Notes under the pieces: model-generated
What the model was told of the DNA's origin: nothing
The model's database searches: none
The model's input: only the letters and a program-made list of their open reading frames with translations
Shown here: in pieces, positions 1 through 11,570 of the stretch
Layout: every line of letters starts with the position of its first letter
Position numbering within the stretch: the first letter of the stretch is position 1
From: Chiloscyllium plagiosum
Lineage: Eukaryota
DNA length: 64,000 bases
Assembly: GCF_004010195.1 (NCBI RefSeq)
Contig: NC_057751.1
Location: 8,448,279-8,512,278 of the forward strand
Direction: 5' to 3'
Position numbers and translations under genes: made by a program

Positions 1-81
1 GATGCTGCCTGACCTGCTGCGCTTTTCCAGCAACACATTTCAGCTCTGATCTCCAGCATCTGCAGTCCTCACTTTCTCCTC
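1..81 (+). mobile_element. Penelope-like element terminal fragment
   Basis: GATGCTGCCTGACCTGCTG...CTCCAGCATCTGCAGTCCTCACTTTCTCC recurs at the ends of the PLE copies at 24284, 30860-30938 and 60673-60753. Confidence 0.75.
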
Positions 82-82
82 G

Positions 83-461
83 ATGATTTACAGGAAGTTA
101 ATCCAATGATATTTCCTGGGAAAGGGTTCTTAATTACAAGAAAAGTCTAATCAACTATAATAAGGTGACATGATTGAAGACAGACTAATCCAATGGTATT
201 CTATGCTAAAAGATATCTTATTTACGTAAATTGTGTGCCATGTACTGGTTCAAGGTTAGTTCAAATGGTCAATTCATGTGTCAGTTTTCAGCTTTTGAAA
301 ACTCTATTGTCCTCTTACCTTTGAATTTCAGCTTAGTTCTGCAAATCAGCAGTACAGGTTCACAGGCCATTTCATTGTATTGTTTTAAATTGAGAAACCA
401 TTTTGAGTAAATAAAAATCTCCATATAATTGTTGCCTAAATTAAAATTTTAGATCCTCACA
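83..461 (-). mobile_element. ERV LTR fragment (U3 part), inverted copy of the LTR at 3259
   Basis: Reverse complement aligns colinearly with 3259-3651 and begins TGTGAGGATC at 461. Confidence 0.85.
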
Positions 462-957
462 TGCTGATGAAAATTCTTGATGAAAACAGAGGAGCTCAAT
501 CCTTTCCAGTGTATTGTCCATCAGGATTTCAATTAGCTCAGGACTTCCTGCCCCATAAGTAATGAAGGTGAACCAAGAAGGTGGCTCATTTTATGGGTAA
601 TTCACATTTCCCACCCCCTACAGAATCCACAGAGGGGGCATTAAATTGTGCTCAAAGCCATTAAACTCAAGATGTTTCACTTCAACCCTGTTTCTTGGCA
701 ACTTTTGAAGGGTCAGAGTGAAATTCCAAGGGCTGCAGAGTGGGGCACACCCAAGGACAGAAGATGGGCTGGATCACCATGTAGCAGCAATCAATTAACA
801 CCAAATCTGGGGTTCTGAAAGCTAGGTGCCTGTACTGAGGGGAGAGGACCAAGTGGGGGGGATGAGCTCCACATTTCTCAGGTGAAAGATGGGTTTGAGA
901 AGGGGCCATCACTTTTTAAGCATATACTGAGGAGAGCAAATTATTCACAGTTGCTGA

Positions 958-1258
958 AGGTGATGGCCCAATGATACTTTCGCTCGTCTGTTAATGCAGA
1001 GACCCAAGTTATAACCTGAAGATCTGGATTTGAATCCACCAAGGCAGATGGTGGAATTTGAGTTCAATCAAAATCTGGAATTAAGTGCCTCACGATGACC
1101 ATGTCAAACCGTGGTCAATTGTTGTGAAAAACCCATTTCATTCACCAATATGCTTCAGGGGAGGAAACTGCCATTCCTACCTGTTCTGGTCTATGTTTGA
1201 ACCCAGAACCACACTCTTAACTGCCCTCTGGGTAATTAGGGATTGGCAATAAATGCTG
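958..1258 (+). mobile_element. tRNA-derived SINE with LINE-type tail
   Basis: B-box-like GGATTTGAATCC, GGTGGAATTTGAGTTCAAT core, tail CTCTTAACTGCCCTCTGGGTAATTAGGGATTGGCAATAAATGCTG; inverted copy at 63598-63940. Confidence 0.7.
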
Positions 1259-1949
1259 AGAAGAACTTTAAGAGCTTTGGAAGCTTTGGAAATCTGAGAT
1301 AAATACTGGAAATAACCAGCACTGATTCAGAAAAATGGTAATTTCCACATAGTTTGTAGGCACTGGATCAGATGCATTCCTCTTTTATAATTTCATCCCA
1401 TTTAATTCCAGTGCCCGTCCACGCCCACCTCAAAAAAGTTGAAAAACAATTTTTTTTTCACATTGACATTTTGAATGGGCCTTTAAGGCATCCAATTTTA
1501 TTAACAGAGTCACCATTTCCATCATGATCTGTTACAATTACTGCCCACAAGTCTTTCAGATGCTTTGAAAGCTGTGCCTGACTCATCAATGCTAAATGAA
1601 TGCAAAAATGCACTCTGCACTAAAGTGCACTTAAGGATTTTATAAATTAGAGCACTGATTTACAAGACTAAAAACTTTGAATTGGATGGAAGGGAGCCAA
1701 CTAGGATAAAAACATTTCATTAGAAAAAGATCATAAAATACCCATCAAACAAGGCAATGAATGTGGTAAGGAAAACCTTTTAACTAACAACCAGAGCAGA
1801 AAATCTTTCCAAGTTGCTATGCCTTCTGGAACAGCATCTGGGTTGATCTACTTCTGGGTTATCTGGACATTGCCCTTCCTACCTTGGAAGCATAGCGCTG
1901 AGCATTTAATTCCCATTCCAAATCCCACATGACTTACAGTAACATGCAG

Positions 1950-2372
1950 CGTTACACCACACATTGCATCCGAAAGGCTGAGAGCATTATGGAAGGCCAC
2001 ACAAACCCCTCACTCAAACTCTTCTCCCTCCTGCCATCTAGCAGAAGATACCCCAGAGCATTCAGTCTCTCACGGGCAGACTGTGCAATAGTTTCTTCCC
2101 CCAAGCCATCAGGCTCCTTAACACTGTTTGATCAGACTCTTTCCCATCTGAAATTCTTTGCACAACTTTGAATTGCTGCTCGAAAAAGGTCTACTGTTTA
2201 TCAATCTTCTATACACTGTAACTTGCATGTTTTGCACTTCTTATGCACTTTATGCCATTTACGATTGTATAGTTTGTGCTGTCCATATAGCACCTTGGTC
2301 CTGGAGGAACGCTGTCTTATTTTTACTGTATCAGTTGTATATGGTAGAAATGACAAATAAAAGCTATTCTGC
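1950..2372 (+). mobile_element. Rex1/Babar LINE 3' fragment
   Basis: With one frameshift encodes CIRKAESIM..PSLKLFSLLPSSRRY/SIQSLTGRLCNSFFPQAIRLLN, the typical Rex1 C-terminus; 3' UTR ends TGACAAATAAAAG. Confidence 0.8.
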
Positions 2373-2375
2373 TCT

Positions 2376-2580
2376 ACTCTAAGGGAGTTCGACCATGTCT
2401 GAGGTACCATCTTTCTGATGAGATATTAAATCAAGCTCTTCTGATGGTCATAAAACATGACCCTCTTCAAAAATCATCAGAATAATTTTTCACCAATGTC
2501 CAGGCAAATAGGTGTGCCCTTCACCAGATGTCACTGAAACAGATCAATTGTCACATTATTGTTTCGAAGAGGTTTGTTCT
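2376..2580 (+). mobile_element. Degenerate Deu-domain SINE (SacSINE1-like), central part
   Basis: GAGGTACCATCTTTCTGATGAGATATTAAATC...TGTCCAGGCAAATA...TCACTGAAACAGAT resembles the Deu domain. Confidence 0.55.
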
Positions 2581-3258
2581 GGTCCCAGCTGCTTTTGTTA
2601 CTGAAACAGATCCCAAAATGAAATATAGCTTTGACAGATCATGCTTTGTTTTGTTTTTATGTAACAACGTGGAATTCCAACAAAACAGAAGCGCACAGTG
2701 CTGGAGATTCGGTTGTAATAATAAAGCAGAGTTTTATAATTCAAAATAAATGAAAACAATATAGACTAAACAAAGTTATTTTAATGCAATTCAATTTGAA
2801 AGAAAATTGAATCACATAGAAAAAAATTTAACCCACCGATCCCAATAGCATGTAACAGCACTCAGACACAAAAGAGAGCTCATTTCTCTGTCACACTTGT
2901 ACACTTGATTTAAATGTTTCTTTCAATTCTCAGCCTTGAGAGATTGGTAGCCTCTTCATGAATTAGTCATACAACTGAGCTCAGAACTTCTCAACCTCAA
3001 ATAACATGCTCCAGCTTCTTTGTAAACACTTCGGGTCTGGAACTTCCATGCAATTACAACTCTTACAATGACGTAACCAAATTCATAATGGTTCGAAAGT
3101 GCCTGACTGCTTCATAAGACATGTATTCATATGTTAGACTTTAGCCAAGGACTGTACAAACTAAAAACAGAAACTTTCCAAGCTGTGTGTTTTTCTCCCG
3201 AGCAAAAAAAAACCTGTTCCTTCAAAACTGCAAGCAGGCTAATGCTCCCCAACGTTGA

Positions 3259-3922
3259 GTTAAGGATCTAAAATTGGAATTTAGGCAACAAAGTATGTAG
3301 ATTTTTATTTCAACAAAATGGTTCCTCGATATTAAAAGAATATTACAAAATGGCCTATGAACCGTACTGCTGAACATACTGCTGATTTGCAGAATTAACT
3401 TGCAGTTTAAAGATAAGAGGACAATAGAGTTTTCATAAGATGAATACTGACACATTAATTGACCATTTGAACTAACCTTGAACTAATACATGGAATGACA
3501 ATTTACGTACATTAGGTATCCTTCTTAAAGAAAATACCATTGGATTAGCCTGTCTTCACTCATATCACCATATTACAGTTGATTGGATTTTTCTTTGTAA
3601 TTAAGAATCCTTTCCCAGGAAATATCATTGGATTAACTTGCTGTAAATCATGTCAACTTATTATTTGTGATTGGTCTTTCTTGTAATTAAGGCTGTACTA
3701 TTTCTTAAAAAAACATATAAATAATGTGTAATTTTCAAATGTAATTGCGCAACTTCACCCCGGAACACTGAAGCTTCGATCTTTGTGTTGCTGGATAGAA
3801 TTGCGTCAAGGTATCTTAATTCAATAAACTAATGAACCTTGCTTTTTGAAGAGACCGCATTTGTCGATTCCTTTGACCGATCTCAAACCAAGAGGCCCCT
3901 CTTAAGGGGACGCAGATCATCA
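3259..3922 (+). mobile_element. ERV 5' LTR (~660 bp)
   Basis: Repeated ATTGG (CCAAT) boxes, TATAAA ~3716, AATAAA 3823-3828, ends GATCATCA immediately before the PBS. Confidence 0.85.
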
Positions 3923-3924
3923 TT

Positions 3925-3936
3925 TGGTGCCGTGAC
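3925..3936 (+). promoter_or_regulatory. Primer-binding site complementary to tRNA-His 3' end
   Basis: CA-TT-TGGTGCCGTGAC matches the first 12 nt of the His PBS TGGTGCCGTGACTCGGAT. Confidence 0.85.
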
Positions 3937-4258
3937 ATGTTTCGGCTCGGACAGATGATGAACAGCGGTGTAAGAGTTAAATGTCCTTCACTATTGAGTG
4001 TTGAGGAATTCGGCCGGCCAGACCTGAGTATTTTAAGAACGTTTGGTTTTCCTCTCATTCAAGTGGTGTCTGACATGGCCCCTCGCTGTTTATTTTCCAG
4101 CCCAGCCCGAAAGGATCGGTCTTTGCAAGGGTTGAGTCTGGGGGGGACTTGTTAAATGTTTAAAAAGATTAATTAAAGTTGAGGGTGCTTTGGTACTTAC
4201 GGACAGTGCTGTTCGAAAATTGCTGAACTCTGAGGGGGGGGGGTTGAATTTTTAACTC

Positions 4259-5100
4259 CCATGCCAATCACCTTATAACACTCCAATCATGGCTGTTCCA
4301 AAACCTGGAAAACCAAATTAATACAGAATGGTTCAAGATTTAAGAGCCATTGTTCAGCCACTTTATGCTTTAGTTCCAAAGCTCATATTTTATCAAATTT
4401 TATCCCTGGAACAAAGCCGCATAACTCCTATTGTCCACTACTGTGAGGCAAATGCGCCAATGGCTGGGCATGATCAACTTTTGTAGACAATGGATTCCCA
4501 TTGCAGCTCTCCTTACTAAGAAGTTAACCCCATATATTTCCAATGAGGGTACATTTACCCTTTCCTCAGAAGCAATGCAAGCCTTTAATGAACTGAACCA
4601 GACTTTGTCACAAGCTCCAGCTCTTGGTAGACCCCTTAATGATAGACCTTTTCAATTATATTGTACCACTTTAGATGACTGCGCTTCTTCAGAGCTTACT
4701 CAACAACATGGAGACAAACATCACCCAGTTGCTTATTTCTCTACTAAACTTAACCCTGTTGCTTTAGGGCATCCCCGTTGTACTCAGATTCTGACTGCCA
4801 TTTACCCCATTTAAAATCGGCAGAGAATCTCACATTGCAACAAGAAATCGTCATTTACAGTACCCATTCAATCATTGGCCTTTCAGAGAATTTCCAAACT
4901 CAGCATTTGACAGCAGCTCAACAAAATCGTTACAAGGTTTATCTTTTAAATAACCCCCGATTGACTTTTAAGAATTGCACTACCATCATCCAGCTAATTT
5001 TCTAGCTCATCCTCCTTAAGCATCGTTAACTTCAGAACATGATTGTTTTCTCCTCATTAATGAGGATGTCCAAGTTCGGCCGGATCTTTCTAATATGCTG
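4259..5100 (+). pseudogene. pol: Retroviral pol remnant (RT N-terminus, thumb and connection; YxDD region deleted), gamma/epsilon type
   Basis: [86 protein letters not shown]..RPDL; contains stops and frameshifts. Confidence 0.9.
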
Positions 5101-5319
5101 TCTGCTCATAGAACTGCCCCCAATGCAAACAAATTCTCATCATCACCACAGGGACTCCCTCTCTCACGCTGGTTTTTAAATAACTCACAGCTCCAGAAAT
5201 GCTGTGAAGTTAATCACTGAACCCCCTCATGCACACAGTCCAAAATCTACATGCCACTATTTCAAAATCCATCTCCAAGTTATTTTTGTGACTATAAAAA
5301 AAGCCACACACCTTGCATC

Positions 5320-5460
5320 ACAGCTTCCTGCTTGCAAGTCACTGTCACATATCCTGCCTTAAAACAGTTGATATCATGCAAAAAGGCTTCCTTTGGTCCA
5401 AAATACTTTGGGATGTTCTGAGCTCACGAAAGGCTCTGTATAAATCCATGTTTCCTTTTG
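5320..5460 (+). mobile_element. Deu-domain SINE 3' tail
   Basis: ACTTTGGGATGTTCTGAGCTCACGAAAGGCTCTGTATAAATCCATG resembles the L2-type SINE tail. Confidence 0.55.
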
Positions 5461-5540
5461 AACATTTTAATCCTTCACCACTATCGCATTTTGAGAGGCA
5501 GTTGATGTGTCACTTTCCATTCAGCAAGCACAAGAGTGTC

Positions 5541-6283
5541 TGATGTCACAAAGCTAGTCCCTTCTTTTCCTAAAAGCTGTTCCTTGGCTCAAGGATACTT
5601 TGCCCTTGATTTTGTATCAGAGGGGTAAATGCAGGGGAATGGGTCTGGGTGGGTTGCTCTTCGGAGGGTCGGTGTGGACTTGTTGGTTCGGAGGGCCTGT
5701 TTCCACACTGCAAGTAATCTAATCTCATCTAAACCAGGCCAGGCTCCGATCAGACTGGTTTGGTCCAGAGATGAAAAGGATTTTGAGAGGCCTTATGTTT
5801 ATATGCAAACAGATGAGGCCTTCAAGCCAAAGTGGTCATGTTTTAGAAGTGACCTGCATAATGAAAGGGGAGTGGTCAGCTCTCTCGCTGAGCAGTTGAA
5901 CTGGTGAGGGGTTCAACAGTGAGCTGTGGAGAAACTCTCTCTCTCTCTCTCTCTCTTTGCACTTCAACTTCAATTTGTTAGCATGTGTTCCATTTATACT
6001 GGTTTTTGAAAGGAGTTTGCTTATTGGGACTGCTGTGTATATTTGGAACAGCATACTTAAATCTAGTTTGGATAGACTGAGTTCTGTTGGGGTTCTTTAT
6101 TCTGTTCTTTGTGCTTCATTGTGTAATTTTGTGAATACATTTTTGACTTTTAAAATCTATTAGTCCACCTGGAGAACTTTCTCCAGGGAATTTTCACTGT
6201 ACGCTTACCGAAACAAATTGCAAAGTTATGGTCTGGACTGCCTGCTTAAGAATGTTTTGAGTGGTCTGACCTCGTCCATAACA
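5541..6283 (+). mobile_element. Solo-LTR-like element containing an HE1 SINE tail (5620-5724)
   Basis: Starts TG, ends TTTTGAGTGGTCTGACCTCGTCCATAACA, the terminus shared with 19413, 22259 and 25622 (reverse complement). Confidence 0.6.
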
Positions 6284-6914
6284 CTGTCCTCATCACTACC
6301 ACCTCCCTGATCCTCCTCCCGACCTCACACTTAGCCACAAGTAACTGTAGCTGGTGTCTGCAAACAAAGTACCAGACACAATGCCAGAAGCTCATCTTCC
6401 CTAAAGTGACACACAGATCCATGATGCAGAATGTGCCTCAACATTGGCACAAATCTCATCCTTAGACCTGGCAACAGAGAGTCATAGAGTCATACAGCAT
6501 AGAAACAGACTCTTCAGTCTGAACAGTCAATGCTGAATATATTTTCACGTATCTTGAAGATGCAGCTAACAAGTGGAATTTTTCAAATTGGAAAGAATTC
6601 AATCAGAATTTCACAACAATATTGGTTTACTCTTTGGATCAATCAATAAGGAAGGACACTAAAGCAGATGAGAATGCATTGTTATGAAGTGACTATTCAT
6701 TTGGCCCTATTATAAAATCCTTTGAAAACAAGTTATGGACTCATTCACCTCCTTGAAATAAAAGCATCTGAGGAAGAATTGGGAATGTTTTTCTTTCTTG
6801 GATTATGTAAGACAAAATCATGGAAACTGCTGCCAAGATCAGAGATTAGGTGTGACACTGAACTGCCCTTGATGTGGAGGAATCAAATTTGTTTTAACTT
6901 TACCCTTTTTAAAA

Positions 6915-7225
6915 AATTCATCTCTGGGGCACGGGCGTCGCTGGCTGGCCAGTATTGATTGCCCTTGAGAAGGTGATGGAGACCTGCCTCCTTGAAGCAT
7001 TGTAGTCACTTGCTGTGGGTTGACACGTAATGCCATTAGGAGGTGATTGCAGGATGCTGGCCCAGCGACTGTGAAGGAACGGTGATGTATTTCCAAGTTG
7101 GGATGGCGAGTGGCTTGGAGGGGAGCATGAAAATGGTGGCGCTCCCGTGCATCTGCTGTCCTTGTCCTTTTCAATGGAAGTAGTCATGGGTTTCAAAGGT
7201 GCTGGCTGAGGATATTTGGTGGTCT
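6915..7225 (-). mobile_element. CR1/L2-like LINE 3' region
   Basis: Reverse complement is homologous to 57540-57810 and 42520-42710; ends ..GGCCAGCCAGCGACGCCC..ATGAAT. Confidence 0.65.
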
Positions 7226-9378
7226 CTTAAAAAAACATATTAACACCAGCAAACAGCAAGATCATTCCATGTCATTCACCATGCATTCTTCCAATGGCAA
7301 GTGTAAATTAGCTTCCTGTCACTTTAGCACAAGAATTTGTAAATAAATATTGCACATTATGCAGATAAAAAAGTATTAAATGCTCCCTTTATTGCAAATC
7401 TGAAGACTGAACATCAAGCAAAAGGACTGTAGTTGTATGTTTTGAAATAACGGACCAGCATTATACTAAATGTCACACCTAACAAAGTGTTTCTGAAAAG
7501 TACCTCTCTGTTCAGATTCCTTTATGCTCCTGGAGATTTACTGTAATTGCCTCAGACAGACAAGTTCTCTGCACAAAATTAGCATCACTGTTTCAGTTAA
7601 TTATGCTTTTCTCCTCATGAATTTACTATGGAACTCTGTCAGCTCGCTTTCAGACAACCAAGGGATTGTTTACTCCTGGGCGTCGGTTCTTCCAAAGTCA
7701 CGACTGATTTGCAATCCACAAAATTCAGTTCCAAATGCTGTTTGGGAAAAGTGTCACCTGACGTCATTCTCTGTGAAAACTAAATACATTGTAAATGTGA
7801 ACTCATTTGATTCTGGGCTCTCCTTGCCAGTCTCTGAAGAGAGGATGCTCCCTGCAGTCGAGTTCCCAGTGTTTTGGAAGATTGCCAACTGCTCATCCAA
7901 AAGACCAACATTCTATTTTTTTTATTCATTCAGGAATTGCGGAGCCTTACTACCTGGGTCAGCATTTATTACCCGTCTCCAGCTTCTTAGTACATCTCTG
8001 AACAAGTTATTTTGGAAAATACCTAAGAGGCTATTCCACTGTGTGTGTGTGTGTGAGAGAGAGAGAGACATCACAGTAAGCTGTCTCCATGTCCTTGTCT
8101 GGCATCTATATTTGCTGGTGTTGAATTGTCATGACAAATGAAAAACCAAAATCCCTACTCCAGCTGTACAGTATCTCGCCATCAACTAGCTTAATCCAGT
8201 TGTGGCGAAGTCCCAACACTCAAGGCTCTAAGCCTAAAACATTGCCTCATAAACTGAAAAAGAGATGAGGAGAAACTACTTCAACTAGAGCATGGGTGAA
8301 AAAAAAGGTGTCAAAGAGTGTTCAAAGTAGATCACACCTAAATCTTGAAGGAGAAGACAGATGAACACATGTGAGTGAGACAGAGAGACAGAGACAGACA
8401 GAGAGAGAGAGAGAGACAAAGAATAGGAAGAAATGGAGTTGAATGAAAATCGATGGATGGACGATTATGCAGAGCAGTAAGACCGATTGGGCGCAAGGCC
8501 TTGTTGCTGTATGCGTGCAATTACAGCGTCCTATGTACTAATTTGCAACACCACTTCAATACTTTGGATGCAAAGCAGAAAGGTGTTCTGCTTTGGGTGT
8601 ATCTTTTATGTATGTAAGTAGGCATTGCAAGACATTACTCACGGATCTGGGACAGAGTTTTGACACATTGTTAAGATGACGCAGCTGGAACTAACCTTGC
8701 CTGTGGCCATGCAGCCTGTACTCAGCTGATTCTTGTGTGAAAACAGTCTGAACAGAAACTTTGTCTGAATAATTGGAAGATAATCACTGAAAGAAGCTGC
8801 TGAAGGTCATGCCTTGCCTTTGAGGAAGTCACATTGCCAACGTGAGAAAGAAACAGCAGAAAATGAGTGAGTTTTTTGCTTTGCTAAAAAAAAACATGCA
8901 TTTTATGGATGATGAAGGTGCACCAAACAATTTTATTTTACAAACACTTGGCTACTGTGGCACCAACAATATGTGACACTGTCATATTCAGACTATTGTG
9001 CATTAATGTGCAACATTATAATTATGTGTTTAAGAATCATGGTAGTAATAGGTATCATATAAGACAGCCCATCCTCCATCATATCATTGTTAGCACTCTG
9101 TGAAATCTCTCGAAAACTAATATGCTTCCACCAATGTTTCCCCGCTTTTATTTTCCCCAAAAAGGTGAGATATGCTGAACCTCAGCTATCTCTTGCGATC
9201 TCTCAGATTTCTCTCAATATCTCTTCTCGTTCCCAATGATTATGGACTGATCATCTCCAAGCCTTGTGTTTACTGTCCATAGGAAACAATCTTTCGCTAT
9301 TTGGCCTGTTGCAAAAACAAGGCGCTGAATCTTTTGTTTCAGTCCGAGTTGTGTTGAGTTGGATGGAAAGTCATTGAC

Positions 9379-9423
9379 GGAGCAGGAGAATTGACGTTTC
9401 GGGCATAAGCCCTTCTTCAGAAT
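9379..9423 (-). ncRNA. PLE fragment with minimal hammerhead ribozyme core
   Basis: Minus strand reads CTGAAGA-A-GGGC-TTAT-GCCC-GAAAC-GTC. Confidence 0.65.
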
Positions 9424-9609
9424 TTCAATAAGCCAAATTCTCTTTTGGTCATTGCTAACAAAAGACACGATCAGTGTTGGTAACACATCTTTGATGTAAT
9501 GCTTCTCGCGGGACCTAGAGACCTTCTTCAGATATTCAGATAGTCGAGGTTCCTATGTATCATGCTTTATCAGAACCAACTGTGGTTGAAGAGGAAGATG
9601 TAAATTGTG

Positions 9610-9880
9610 CAGCAGTTAAAATCTGGGAAGCCTAAATTGGAGGAGCAGAGAGATTTTCGAAGGTTATCAAGTTGGAGGATGTGGAAAAGAAGGGGAGAGG
9701 CTAGACTGAGAAGGAAATTAAAGTGATGAATTAGACTTTCACAACTGAGGAGTTCTTACAGGTGATTTCATGTAGGTCAGCGAGCGTTGAGTGAATGGAA
9801 CACAATTCAAGGTGTGGTCAGCAGAGTTGTGAGTGAAGTCATGTTGACGGAAAGATGGGCAGCTGGCAGAACTGCAACAC
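9610..9880 (-). mobile_element. Degenerate L2 LINE fragment
   Basis: ATGTAGGTCAGCGAGC is the antisense of the L2 LADLH motif; purine-rich flanks. Confidence 0.45.
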
Positions 9881-10962
9881 TTCCATCAGTTCATGCTTTC
9901 GGGAGAGAAAAGGGATGAAAAATTGCTCAAACTCCAATTTGAAAGTAAAATAGTTTGCAAGTTTCTCCCTCAGAACAAACAATCAGATGGCAAACATGGG
10001 TCAGATCTGTCTTTCAATGAATCTTAGAGTGTACAGCATGCATGAAACCATGAGGATAGAGTGCTCCACAAGGTCAAGTGGAAATAACGTTTGTCACCAA
10101 TGAAATGTTTCACCCATAATCAGCTCTCCAACTTAATTATAGGAGATTTACTGTCATTATCTTTTTAATCCTCATAATTAATAGCTAGATTAAAACAATA
10201 ACCAGGGTGAATGAATCTCCACTGACTGCCTGCCACATATCCAAGCTCAGTCAATTCAGTTGTCACAAAGAGCTGCGACTGCAGCCCACTCAAAATACAA
10301 GCGCTGGCCTCCTGAAAATCACAGCCCGGCACAGAAAAACAAACCAAAGAAGCATTTGTCAAAGTCCTCGAATCGCATCCTTAACTAATGCAAAAATAAA
10401 TCAACAATAAATGATTTTCCAGAATGTCATAAAAAATCGAGCGTGATTTCTGTCTCCTCAGCAAGTCGCTGTGAAAATAAAGCAGCCAAGTGAAGCTGCT
10501 CAGGAAAGTCAGAACAACCACTATCGAATTTCCCCCAACATCCATCAACTCAGGCCATTCGTGCTTGGCAGATTCCATAGGGTCCTGCTAATTTATTTTA
10601 AATGCCAGCTGTTCCCTCTGTCACACTGCGTTCTGCTGTACGTGTCACGGCTACATTCTAACCCTGCTCTCCATTTGAGAGCAAGTCAATGCGGCCTGAT
10701 TAACAGCAACAATTTTGCAAAACTTTGGTCTTTGTGAGAAAATGCCCATTGGCATTTTCACTTCTCGAGGAGGGCTGACAATACACCATTGCCGTGTGAC
10801 AGAAATGAACATAATGACTGGATGAGGCAAACACTGAAGTGATTCCCTCAGACACCTCCCCTAAATGAGAACCTAAATCTTGCCGAAGACCATTCACTCC
10901 ACTGTGAAACATTCAATTGCAAACACAAGAGGCTGGACATTTTCAGGGACAGACCTGGAAAA

Positions 10963-11262
10963 GATGGTTAGCATTGCTGCCTCACAGCGCCAGCCTTGTG
11001 TGGATTGCCTATGTGGAGTTTGCACATTGTCCCTGAGTCTGTATGGCTTTCCTCTGGGTGCTCTGGTTTCTTCCCACAGTCCAAAGATATGCAGCTTAGG
11101 TGGATTGGCCATGCTAGGTTGCACATAATGCCCAGGGATGTTCAGTCTAGGTGGATTAGCCATTGGAAATGCAGGGCTATAGCGATATGGTAGGGGCTGT
11201 GGTGGGATGTTCTTCAGAGGCTTTGTATGGACTCGATGGTGATTCTGTGATTCTCTGAGTTC
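10963..11262 (+). mobile_element. HE1-type V-SINE
   Basis: TGGTTAGCATTGCTGCCTCACAGCGCCAG head; TGTGGAGTTTGCACATT..TTCCCACAGTCCAAAGA V-domain. Confidence 0.85.
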
Positions 11263-11304
11263 TCTGTCGCTCAAGTGACATCCCTGTCCAGATTTTGAGT
11301 CCAT

Positions 11305-11570
11305 CGAATCCTACAGTGTGGCAACAAGCCATTCGGCCCAACAAGTCCACACCAACCCTCTGAAGAGCACCACACCCAGACTCACCCCTGTATCTTATCC
11401 CCGCAACCTTGCGTTTCCCATGACTAATCCACCTAATCTGCACATCTTTGGACTGTGGGACGAAACCAGAGCACGTGGAGGAAACCCACGCAGACACAGG
11501 GAGAATGCGCAAATTCCACAGAAACAGTTACCCAAGGCTGGAATCGAACCCGGATCCCTGGTGCCTCAGT
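11305..11570 (-). mobile_element. HE1-type V-SINE
   Basis: Reverse complement of V-domain (GGAGGAAACCCACGCAGACAC) and B box (GGAATCGAACCCGG). Confidence 0.9.

Noticed and set aside
7524..8141. 205-aa ORF
   Set aside because: No recognisable domain; runs through repeat remnants and a GT/GA microsatellite
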